Below are positions 45,024 through 53,278 of a stretch of 64,000 bases of DNA, piece by piece (within the stretch, counting starts at the first letter, position 1; each line of letters opens with the position of its first letter). This DNA comes from Candidatus Pelethousia sp. (GTDB taxonomy: Bacteria > Bacillota > Clostridia > Christensenellales > CAG-138). The notes beneath the pieces were generated by a model that had not been told where the DNA came from, ran no database searches, and saw only the letters and a program-made list of their open reading frames with translations. Made by a program: the position numbers and the translations under genes. The DNA is taken from NCBI GenBank assembly GCA_034928145.1, contig JAYFPE010000004.1, positions 67,223 to 131,222 of the forward strand, in the 5' to 3' direction.

Positions 45024-46046
45024 CTAATCGAATATCTCATAGATGAATTTCGTATTGCCGCAAGAATGGCGAACCTTTAGTTTGGGCTGCAGGATGATCT
45101 CCTGCCCGCCTTCTTCGGAAAAGATGCCGTCGATCCGGTCGATCAGCATGCGCGCGGCTACCATGCCCAGCTTCTTATTGGGCAGTTCCAGGGTAGTCAG
45201 CGCGGGGGTGATAAGGGAGGCTGCCGAGGAATCCGAAAGAGCGGCCAACGCCAGATCCGCGGGTATGCGGATGCCGGAAGCCTGGGCAGATTTGATTACG
45301 CCGAAGGCCTGCTCGTCGTTATAGGTGATAACGGCCCTTGGCAGGTTGCCGGATTGGATCATGCGCTGGGCAAAGAAGTACCCGCCCTGCAAGCCTAGGT
45401 CTACCTCGAAACGGCGGCTCTGCACGCATTCGCCCAGATCCGTCACGGCCTGGCTGAAGCCGTCGTAGATCATGGCGGATTCCTCGGGCAGCATATCGTT
45501 TAGCAGCAGGTCGATGGAGCGGTAGCCCATTTTAATGAGGTGGGTAGCCAGGCTATAAACGCCGTCTTTATAGTTGACGCAACAGGAATCATAGCCCAAT
45601 CGGCCCTGTTGCACCCCCACCAGCACCAACGGCAGGGACGTGCCGGTCAGCTCCGCGTAGCGCTGCTCGGAGAGCTTAGGGCCGGCCAGGATGATGCCGT
45701 CCACCTTGCGCTGGAGCACCATGCCGAGGTAATCTCCTTCGACTCTGGCATCGTGGCGCGTACCGCAGATGAACAGGCTGTAGCCCTTGTTGAGGGCCAC
45801 GGTCTCCGCGCCGGACATGACCATTTGGTATTTTTCGGACTCGATATCGGGCACAAAGAGAGCAATGGTCCTGGTTTTACCCAAGTTGAGGCCGCGGGCG
45901 AACCAGTTGGGGGTATAGTTATTGCGCTTCATGACCTCCAGCACACGATCCCGCGTATCCGCCTGCACAACTTCGGGATGGTTCAGCACACGAGATATAG
46001 TAGCCACCGAAACGCCGGCTTCTTTTGCGATCTCCCTGATATTCAA
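45024..46046 (-). CDS. LacI-family transcriptional regulator
   Basis: TTG start at 46046 (GGAGGG 7 nt upstream) gives LNIREIAKEAGVSVATISRVLNHPEVVQADTRDRVLEVMKRNNYTPN. The upstream part of ORF 45024-46169 looks non-coding. Confidence 0.85.
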   Translation of the reverse strand: MNIREIAKEAGVSVATISRVLNHPEVVQADTRDRVLEVMKRNNYTPNWFARGLNLGKTRTIALFVPDIESEKYQMVMSGAETVALNKGYSLFICGTRHDARVEGDYLGMVLQRKVDGIILAGPKLSEQRYAELTGTSLPLVLVGVQQGRLGYDSCCVNYKDGVYSLATHLIKMGYRSIDLLLNDMLPEESAMIYDGFSQAVTDLGECVQSRRFEVDLGLQGGYFFAQRMIQSGNLPRAVITYNDEQAFGVIKSAQASGIRIPADLALAALSDSSAASLITPALTTLELPNKKLGMVAARMLIDRIDGIFSEEGGQEIILQPKLKVRHSCGNTKFIYEIFD

Positions 46047-46340
46047 ACTAAAACCCTCCGCCCCGTGGCCATATCTGTATGGCTGAAAAGCATTTTCTAC
46101 AGTATAACACGCAGCGGGGCCGCAAACAAGCGCGCGGGCGGAAGCAAAAGGGTGCGCACGAAAGTTCACAGTTTTAATAAATGAAACCGCTTACAGGAGG
46201 ACCGCATAAAAATAATAAATCGGGGAATATATGCAGCAATTCCTGCCGGTTTCTCCTGCGGATTGCATAAAAAAACAAAACCCTGCTATGCCGAGGCCCC
46301 TATTGAAAGCTGACCGTGCGATGAATTTTTCTGCGGACTC

Positions 46341-46369
46341 TTGACATTGTCCGGAGAATGCGGTACATT
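46341..46369 (+). promoter_or_regulatory. sigma-A type promoter for the plus-strand catabolic island
   Basis: TTGACA (46341-46346), a 17-nt spacer, then TACATT (46364-46369). Confidence 0.55.
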
Positions 46370-46381
46370 GAAAATACAAAA

Positions 46382-46395
46382 TGTAACCGGTTACT
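46382..46395. promoter_or_regulatory. LacI-type operator candidate TGTAACCGGTTACT
   Basis: Contains the perfect 12-bp palindrome GTAACCGGTTAC with a central CG, the LacI/GalR operator style. It lies 13 nt downstream of the -10 element and faces the divergent LacI-family gene. Confidence 0.6.
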
Positions 46396-46511
46396 TATCT
46401 TGGATCATCAAGCAAACGCTTCGCTCGGAAGCGGCGTCCACAGCAAACAAACGGCTCGGAAAAGAGCATTACCCATCGGCACGGGCCGGTTCAAGGGGAG
46501 AAAGAATTCAT

Positions 46512-46913
46512 ATGACACAAGAAGAAAAGGTATTTGCATTTTTTAAGGAGTGCGGCTCGTTTTTCTTTGCCAGCACAGAAGACGGCGAACCCCGCGTGCG
46601 GCCCTTTGGTTTTAAGATGCTATACGAGGGCAGGTTTTACTTTGGCATGGGCACGCATAAGCCCTCCTATAGGCAAACGGTGGCCAATCCGCATGTCGAG
46701 CTTTGCGCGCTCAAAGCGGACGGCAGCTTCCTGCGGGTGCGGGGCAAAGCAGTTTTGGATATGCGCGAGGGCGTGCAGGCGGAGATGTTCAAGACCTCGC
46801 CCAGCTTGCGCACATTATATAATGAAGAAAACGGCCGCATACAGGCCACCTTCTACCTGGAGGATATCGATGCGCGGGTGTATCGGGATGGCGAATATAC
46901 GCATCTGGATTGA
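46512..46913 (+). CDS. pyridoxamine 5'-phosphate oxidase-like FMN-binding protein
   Basis: 133 aa from the internal ATG at 46512. MTQEEKVFAFFKECGSFFFASTEDGEPRVRPFGFKMLYEGRFYFGMG...HVELCALK resembles the small PNPOx split-barrel family. Confidence 0.65.
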   Translation: MTQEEKVFAFFKECGSFFFASTEDGEPRVRPFGFKMLYEGRFYFGMGTHKPSYRQTVANPHVELCALKADGSFLRVRGKAVLDMREGVQAEMFKTSPSLRTLYNEENGRIQATFYLEDIDARVYRDGEYTHLD

Positions 46914-47054
46914 TCTGCCGTTTTGGTTGGCGCGGACGCGCCCGATCACAGCCACCTATGGATCATTTTAAAGGGCAGGCCGCCGGCGCGGGCGCCGCAT
47001 CGGCGGTTGGCTCTTTCAGTAAAAAACAATAACCAAACAGAGGAGGAAATCGGA

Positions 47055-47729
47055 ATGCTAAAAGACTACGACGTCATTATCGATGAAATGGAAGGTAAAC
47101 TGAGGCCGCCTACCGTAGGGATGGTACCCTATGAGCCCAAGGTGATACCGCTGACCACCGGCGAAGATATGCTGGTGCGCGAGGCTACGCGTGAAGAACT
47201 GGTGATGATCATGGACGCCATCGTGCCCCTGTTCAACCACCCGAAGGATTACTACGATATCGTAGCCGCTCGTATCTACACCGAAATCCTTGGCATGCTG
47301 CGTTATCGCGTGCAGGATGAGTACTTCTTCGTAGGCGCTGTGGATGGCGAGATCGCCGGCATCGTCAACGGTCGCTTGGTCAACGAAAAGGTCGGCATGT
47401 CCTACCACACGATGACGCTCAAGCGCGGCGTGCGCGTAGGCGCGCAGCTGTTTGCCGCCAAGATGGAATACCATTTCGATTTCATGAATCAGGACGAAGT
47501 CTTTATCGTGGCCGAATCCCCCAACGGCTTCAAGCGTTGGATGATCGAGTACGAGCTGGAGCCCCGGTTCGAGTGCCCCCACGAGCTGGGTGGCGTACCC
47601 ACCTTCGTGCTTACGCGCGCACTGTGGGAGAAGCATAAGGCAAATAAGAATGTTGGCATCCGGCCGGCGTTTGAGGACGTGATCGAGGCGAACAAGGTCC
47701 TGCGCATGCCTGCCAAGATCAACGTGTAA
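47055..47729 (+). CDS. hypothetical protein (weak GNAT-like acyltransferase resemblance)
   Basis: 224 aa from the ATG at 47055 (AGGAGG upstream). The central FFVGAVDGEIAGIVNGRL...TLKRGVRVGAQLF is reminiscent of a GNAT beta4-alpha3 region but is not a clean motif match. Confidence 0.5.
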   Translation: MLKDYDVIIDEMEGKLRPPTVGMVPYEPKVIPLTTGEDMLVREATREELVMIMDAIVPLFNHPKDYYDIVAARIYTEILGMLRYRVQDEYFFVGAVDGEIAGIVNGRLVNEKVGMSYHTMTLKRGVRVGAQLFAAKMEYHFDFMNQDEVFIVAESPNGFKRWMIEYELEPRFECPHELGGVPTFVLTRALWEKHKANKNVGIRPAFEDVIEANKVLRMPAKINV

Positions 47730-47750
47730 ATAAAAGGAGGGCAAATCGAA

Positions 47751-48947
47751 ATGCGAGAGGTGGGAATTGTTGGCATAGGCCACACAAAATTCGGCAAATC
47801 ATCGGTGCCGTATTTGGACATGTGCTGCAACGCAGCTTTGCAGGCAATGGATGACGCCGGCGCGAAGACGGGCCGAAAGAACGTGATCGACCAGGTGTTT
47901 GTTGGCACGATGGGCGCAGGCATGGTAAACCGTCTTAGCGGTGCGGCCTCTGCGGTCGTAGATACGCTTAACCTCCGCCCTGCCATGGCGGAAACCGTGG
48001 AGAACGGCCCGGCTTCCGGCGCATCCGCGCTCAAGCTTGGCTATGCGGCCATCGCTTCCGGCCTTTGCGACTGCGTGCTGATCATCGGCGGCGAGGCTAT
48101 GCGCGAAGTCACCGGCTGGGAAGGCACGGATTTCGTGGCGACCATGCTGCACCCCACAGGCGAATATCCCTACGGGCTGACCCTGCCCGCCTTCGCGGGC
48201 ATGTTTACCCGGTTGTGCATGGATAAATACGGCGTAACCAGCCGCGATCTGTCCATCGTATCGGTCAAGAACCATGATAACGCCTGCCTGAACCCCAATG
48301 CGCATATCCACTCCCGGGTGAAACTGGAGCGCATTACGGACGAGCGCTACATCGCGGCCACCAACCCGTTGGTTGCCGATCCGCTGCGTCAATATGATAT
48401 GTGCCCGGTGTCCGACGGCGCGGCGGCCCTGCTGCTGGTAGCCAAGGATAAGCAGGAGGAGCTGGGCTTCGGCCATAAGCCCTTCATCAAGGTGGCTGGT
48501 ATTGCTTCCGCTACCGATACCCATTATGTGGCCAACCGCGAAGAGCCCAGCGACCTATTGGCCGTGCGCCTCTCCGCACAGAAGGCTTACAAGATGGCGG
48601 GTGTGGGCCCGGAGGATATCGACGTGGCCGAGCTGCATGACGCCTTCCAGATCCTCGAGGTTGAAGAATCCGAGGAGACGGGCCTGTTCCCGCGCGGCAC
48701 CGGCCATCTGGCCGCCCGCGAAGGCAGAACTGCCCTGACCGGCGACATGCCCATCAATACCTCGGGCGGCCTCAAGGCAAAGGGGCATCCGCTGGGCGGC
48801 ACGGGCGTCTCGCAGATCGTGGAGCTGGTAAAGCAGCTGCGCGGCGAGGCGGGGGAACGCCAGGTGAAGGACGCCAAGACGGCGCTCGCCGTGAACTTCG
48901 GCGGTTTCGGCAACAACGTGGTTTCCACGGTACTGAAGGCAGAGTAA
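47751..48947 (+). CDS. SCP2-type thiolase-fold protein lacking both catalytic cysteines
   Basis: 398 aa with a thiolase-like layout and a GHP motif (KAKGHPLGG). The nucleophile CxS motif reads P87-A-S (VENGPASG) and the HDCF motif reads HDAF (A298). Confidence 0.8.
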   Translation: MREVGIVGIGHTKFGKSSVPYLDMCCNAALQAMDDAGAKTGRKNVIDQVFVGTMGAGMVNRLSGAASAVVDTLNLRPAMAETVENGPASGASALKLGYAAIASGLCDCVLIIGGEAMREVTGWEGTDFVATMLHPTGEYPYGLTLPAFAGMFTRLCMDKYGVTSRDLSIVSVKNHDNACLNPNAHIHSRVKLERITDERYIAATNPLVADPLRQYDMCPVSDGAAALLLVAKDKQEELGFGHKPFIKVAGIASATDTHYVANREEPSDLLAVRLSAQKAYKMAGVGPEDIDVAELHDAFQILEVEESEETGLFPRGTGHLAAREGRTALTGDMPINTSGGLKAKGHPLGGTGVSQIVELVKQLRGEAGERQVKDAKTALAVNFGGFGNNVVSTVLKAE

Positions 48948-48959
48948 GGGGGTAATAAA

Positions 48960-49325
48960 ATGGAACAGATGTATGCCTATAAATGCACAAAATGCGGCAA
49001 GCTGCACCATCCCCGTTATATCGTTTGCCAAAACCCGGATTGCGACAGCCGCGAATTTGAACAGGTGCCTCTGGAGGGCAAGTGCAAGCTGCTGACTTGG
49101 ACGCGCGTATATAACCTCCCGGAGGGCTACATGATGCCCTGGCTTAACTTTGGCATTGTGGAGTTTGAAAACGGCGTGCGCGCGACCGGCCAGATTGGCT
49201 TTGACGATGGGATCGAGAGCGGCATGGAGCTGGTTTCCACCGTAGGGGTGATCCGCAGCAAGGTCATCAAATACAAGGAAACCGTGGAAGAGCCTGTGTA
49301 CGGGTTCGTCTTCCAAAAGGCTTAA
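48960..49325 (+). CDS. DUF35-type Zn-ribbon / OB-fold protein
   Basis: 121 aa. The N-terminal rubredoxin-like CTKCG...CQNPDC is followed by an OB-fold-like segment. It lies immediately downstream of the thiolase-fold gene, the classical pairing. Confidence 0.75.
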   Translation: MEQMYAYKCTKCGKLHHPRYIVCQNPDCDSREFEQVPLEGKCKLLTWTRVYNLPEGYMMPWLNFGIVEFENGVRATGQIGFDDGIESGMELVSTVGVIRSKVIKYKETVEEPVYGFVFQKA

Positions 49326-49345
49326 TAGCCGGGCGGTAAAGGCGC

Positions 49346-50236
49346 ATGCTAAGGGCGGAGCGGCTATGTGCCGCATGGGAAAGCGCGCTCTTGGCAGGCG
49401 CGACGGAGGGATCGATCCACTCGGTGTTTGACCGGGCGGTGAACATCAACACTGCGGGGGGCATGGTTTCCTTGCTCCCCGCAGAAAAAGGCCTGTATCC
49501 CTGGTCCTGCACCGTGCAAATTAGCGCGCCGTTTTCGGCGCTGGGGTTAAAGCCGGGTATGCGGGCGGCAATCAGCCGCGCCGCGATGCGGGTGGACGAG
49601 GCGGGGTTCGCTGTCGATTTTTCCACCGCGCGGCCTACGAACCTTGATATCTGGCAACTGGCTCTTACCCAACTTCCCACGCAGGAGCGCCTAAGCGCCC
49701 TCAAAGCCCTTCTTTTCGCACAGGGCAGTACCGAGGGGATGCGCTCCCTGGCAGTGGGTGGGGCCGACAATCCTTTCAGCGCGATGATCCGGCCGAGGCT
49801 TTGCGCGCTGCACGCAGCGTTCCTTTCAGGGGAGCCGCAACAGGCGGGGCCGGCGGCCGCGGCGATCGCGGGCTGCGGGCCGGGGCTTACGCCCTCGTCG
49901 GATGATATGCTTTTGGGTTATGTGTGCGCCTTTTACGCACTAGCCCGGCAAGCCGGGCAGGCGCGTGAAGCGGCGCTGGCCATGGGCCGGGCCGCCTGCC
50001 GTGCGGCTGCCGCGAAAACGAACGCGATCAGCGGGGCCTTCCTGCTGCAATGCGGGGAGGGGCTGGCATCCCAAAACATGCTGGATCTTTTCAATGCTCT
50101 TTTTTCAGACGCGCTCGGGGAGCGACTAGAGGCGCCCGCGGGGCGCATCCTTTCCATAGGCGCCGCATCCGGCGCTGATATTCTTACAGGTGTTGTTCTT
50201 TCATTGCAAACTTTGCAAACGCATGGAACGAGGTGA
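49346..50236 (+). CDS. DUF2877-like protein (YlbF-type partner of FdrA)
   Basis: 296-aa Ala-rich protein containing GLTPSSDDMLLGY. Its stop overlaps the fdrA start. The assignment rests mainly on the conserved DUF2877-FdrA-DUF1116 neighbourhood. Confidence 0.55.
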   Translation: MLRAERLCAAWESALLAGATEGSIHSVFDRAVNINTAGGMVSLLPAEKGLYPWSCTVQISAPFSALGLKPGMRAAISRAAMRVDEAGFAVDFSTARPTNLDIWQLALTQLPTQERLSALKALLFAQGSTEGMRSLAVGGADNPFSAMIRPRLCALHAAFLSGEPQQAGPAAAAIAGCGPGLTPSSDDMLLGYVCAFYALARQAGQAREAALAMGRAACRAAAAKTNAISGAFLLQCGEGLASQNMLDLFNALFSDALGERLEAPAGRILSIGAASGADILTGVVLSLQTLQTHGTR

Positions 50237-51816
50237 ACAGATTGGTAAAGCTGGAAGTTCGCAAGAACGCGTATTATGATTCCGTGACCTTGATGATCAT
50301 TTCCAAGGATCTAAAAAAGCTGCCCGGCGTTTCACAGGCGCTGGTGGGCATGGGTACGGATCTCAACCGGGAACTGGCCCATGGCAGCGGCCTGGATGTG
50401 CCCGGCTTTGAGGCCGTAACAGCCAACGATTTCTTTGTAGCCGTCGAATGCGATGACGAGGCGGTCTTCAAAGCCTGCGTGGACAAGGTGGATGAATTGC
50501 TAAACAAGAAATCCGAGTCCAAGCAGGCTTCCTATTCTCCCCCCACGTTGGAGGGGGCGCTCAAAATCGATTCCGCACTGAACATGGCGGTAATCTCCGT
50601 GCCCGGCAAGCATGCGGCGGACGTCGCGCAGAGCTGCCTGGACCGTGACATCAACGTGATGCTCTTTTCGGACAACGTTACCATCGAAGAGGAAAAGGCG
50701 CTCAAGGAATATGCTAGTGCACACGAGCTTTTGGTGATGGGGCCGGATTGCGGCACAGCCATCATCAACCAGGTGCCTCTGGCCTTTGCCAACGTGGTGC
50801 GCAGCGGCAACATCGGCATCGTGGCCGCCAGCGGTACGGGCGCGCAGGAGGTCTCCTCCCTGATCGACCAGTTCGGCGGCGGCATTTCCCAGCTCTTTGG
50901 CACGGGCGGCCGGGATCTTAAAAAAGAGATCGGCGGCCTGATGATGAAGCTTTGCCTGGATGCCCTGATAAACGATCCGGCTACCAAGGTGCTGGTGCTG
51001 GTCTCCAAGCCCCCGGCCAAGGAGATCGCCGAGGAGATCCTCGGCATCGCCCAGGGTGCGGGCAAGCCGGTGGTAGTTTCCTTCATCGGCGGCGACCCGG
51101 AGCAGGTGCGCGCCTATGGCTTAACGCCGGCCCTCTCGCTGGAGGATGCGGCGCAAAAGGCCGTGGCCATCTCGCAGGGCAGGCAGCCGGAGGATTTTCT
51201 GGGCTTTAGCATGGGCGAAGAAAAGGCTGATGCGCTGGCTAAGGAGATTGCGGGCAAATTCGCGCCCGGTCAGCAATACATCCGCGGCTTCTATACCGGC
51301 GGCACCCTGTGTGACGAGGCTATGAAGCTGATGCTGGAGAAACTGGGCCATATTTACAGCAACATTCCCCTTCGAGCCGAGGATAAGCTCGAGAATCCCC
51401 GCAACGGCGATAGTTGCAAGCATACCTTCCTCGATTTCGGCGATGACGAATTCACGGTGGGTCGCCCCCATCCGATGATCGACCCGTCGCTTCGGGCGGA
51501 GCGCGTGGTTCACGACGGGCGCGATCCCGAGTGCGCCATCATCATGACCGATTGCGTCATCGGCTACGGCAGCCATCCGGACCCGGCGGAGGATCTGGCC
51601 GAGGCCATCCGCTCAGCGCGGGCCGAGGCGGAAGCGGCCGGGCGCTACCTGTGCTGCCTCGCCGCTGTTTGCGGCACGGAAGGGGATCCCCAGAGCCTGA
51701 GCAGAACCCGCCAGAAGCTTGAAGACGCGGGCGCTGTGGTGCTGCCTTCCAATGCGCAGGCCACCCGTTTCGCGCTGCGTATCTTGGCGCATCTCAACGG
51801 GGAGGGAACAAAATGA
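50233..51816 (+). CDS. fdrA: FdrA-family protein (succinyl-CoA-synthetase-alpha-like CoA-binding fold)
   Basis: 527 aa with a GTG start. KNAYYDSVTLMIISKDL, NVMLFSDNVTIEEE, VMGPDCGTAIINQVPLAFANVV, GIVAASGTGAQE, VSKPPA and GDDEFTVGRPHPMIDP match my recollection of FdrA. Confidence 0.8.
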   Translation: MNRLVKLEVRKNAYYDSVTLMIISKDLKKLPGVSQALVGMGTDLNRELAHGSGLDVPGFEAVTANDFFVAVECDDEAVFKACVDKVDELLNKKSESKQASYSPPTLEGALKIDSALNMAVISVPGKHAADVAQSCLDRDINVMLFSDNVTIEEEKALKEYASAHELLVMGPDCGTAIINQVPLAFANVVRSGNIGIVAASGTGAQEVSSLIDQFGGGISQLFGTGGRDLKKEIGGLMMKLCLDALINDPATKVLVLVSKPPAKEIAEEILGIAQGAGKPVVVSFIGGDPEQVRAYGLTPALSLEDAAQKAVAISQGRQPEDFLGFSMGEEKADALAKEIAGKFAPGQQYIRGFYTGGTLCDEAMKLMLEKLGHIYSNIPLRAEDKLENPRNGDSCKHTFLDFGDDEFTVGRPHPMIDPSLRAERVVHDGRDPECAIIMTDCVIGYGSHPDPAEDLAEAIRSARAEAEAAGRYLCCLAAVCGTEGDPQSLSRTRQKLEDAGAVVLPSNAQATRFALRILAHLNGEGTK

Positions 51817-53240
51817 GCAAGCTGAACGACCTGTTTACAAAAGATCTGCATGTGGTCAACCTGGGCATCGAATCCTTTGCGGAGGATCTGGCCTCCCAGG
51901 GCAAGAAGATCGTACATGTGAGCTGGAAGCCCGTCGCCGGCGGTGACAAGTTGGCCGCAGGCAACCTGCGCAAGCTCCAGGCCCCTGCCATGCAGGAAAA
52001 GATCAACGCGGCCAATGCGGAGGCTTTGCGCCGCATCCTCGACGCGCAGCCCGTGCTCGTGGGCATGGGCATCGCCCGCGATGTGATCCCCGGCATGACA
52101 GAGGATACCATCCTGCACGCAGGCCCTCCCGTCACCTGGGGGCGCATGTGCGGTCCGCAGCGGGGTGCGGTGATGGGCGGCCTCATTTACGAAGGCCGGG
52201 CTAAAACCCTGGAGGAGGCCGAAAAGCTGGCCGCCTCGGGCAAGATCCATTTCGACCCCTGCCATATGCACAGTGCGGTCGGCCCCATGGCGGGCGTGGT
52301 AACGCCCTCTATGCCGGTGTGGATCATCGAGAACAAGACCTTTGGCAACCGCGCCTATTGCACCATGAACGAGGGCCTGGGCAAGGTGCTGCGCTTTGGC
52401 GCGTGCGACCAGGAGGTTTTCGACAGGCTGCATTGGATGGCGGGCCATCTCTACCCGATTTTGAAGGCTGCTCTGGAGAGCAAGGGCGAGATCGACCTCA
52501 AGCTGCTGGTGGCCCAATGCTTGCAGATGGGCGACGAGGCGCATAACCGTAACAAGGCGGCTACCTCCCTGCTGATCCGCGAATTGGTGGGGCCGATTAT
52601 GGGGCTGGACGCGCCGATCCGCGAAAAGGCGGACGCGATCGCCTTCATCAACAGCAACGATCACACCTTCCTCAACCTCTCCATGCCGGCCATGAAGGCG
52701 ACGATGGATCCCATCTTCGGCATCCCTTACAGCACCATCGTGGCCACTATGTGCCGCAACGGCACGGATTTTGGCATCCGCATCGCCGGCCTCGGGCCGG
52801 ATCAATGGTTCACGGCGCAGGCGGAAATGGTGCAGGGCCTCTACTTCCCGGGCTTCACCGAGGAGGATGCGGCCCGTGACCTGGGCGATTCCTGCATTAC
52901 GGAAACGGCGGGCATCGGCGGCTTCTGCATGGCGGCAGCCCCGGCCATCGTGCAGTTTGTAGGCGGCCAGGTATCGGATGCGGTGAATTATTCGCTGCAG
53001 ATGTACGAGATTACCGAGGGCGAGAGCCGTATCTACAAGATCCCAGCGCTGGATTTCCGCGGCAGCGCTACGGGCATCGACCTGCTGAAGGTGATGCAGA
53101 CCGGCATCCGGCCTATTATCAACACGGGCATCGCGCATAAGGACTACGGCGTGGGCCAGGTGGGCGCGGGTCTGGTGCATCCCCCGGAGGATTGCTTCAA
53201 ACAGGCGCTGGCTGCCTGTGCCAAGGCTTGGACGGAATGA
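51813..53240 (+). CDS. DUF1116 protein (YlbE-like)
   Basis: 475 aa with an ATGA overlap with fdrA. ILHAGPP, CHMHSAVGPMAGV, NRAYCTMNEGLGKVLRFGA, GDSCITETAGIGGF and INTGIAHKDYGVGQVGAG resemble E. coli YlbE. Confidence 0.75.
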   Translation: MSKLNDLFTKDLHVVNLGIESFAEDLASQGKKIVHVSWKPVAGGDKLAAGNLRKLQAPAMQEKINAANAEALRRILDAQPVLVGMGIARDVIPGMTEDTILHAGPPVTWGRMCGPQRGAVMGGLIYEGRAKTLEEAEKLAASGKIHFDPCHMHSAVGPMAGVVTPSMPVWIIENKTFGNRAYCTMNEGLGKVLRFGACDQEVFDRLHWMAGHLYPILKAALESKGEIDLKLLVAQCLQMGDEAHNRNKAATSLLIRELVGPIMGLDAPIREKADAIAFINSNDHTFLNLSMPAMKATMDPIFGIPYSTIVATMCRNGTDFGIRIAGLGPDQWFTAQAEMVQGLYFPGFTEEDAARDLGDSCITETAGIGGFCMAAAPAIVQFVGGQVSDAVNYSLQMYEITEGESRIYKIPALDFRGSATGIDLLKVMQTGIRPIINTGIAHKDYGVGQVGAGLVHPPEDCFKQALAACAKAWTE

Positions 53241-53278
53241 CCGCCCTAAAATCATCATAAATCAAGGAGGAAACACGC

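Noticed and set aside
46191-46511. ORF 46191-46379 (minus strand) and the N-terminal extension of ORF 46341-46913.
   Set aside because: Both fall in the divergent promoter/operator region. The plus-strand frame only acquires a good RBS and a PNPOx-like sequence at the ATG at 46512. The minus-strand ORF has no RBS and an odd composition.
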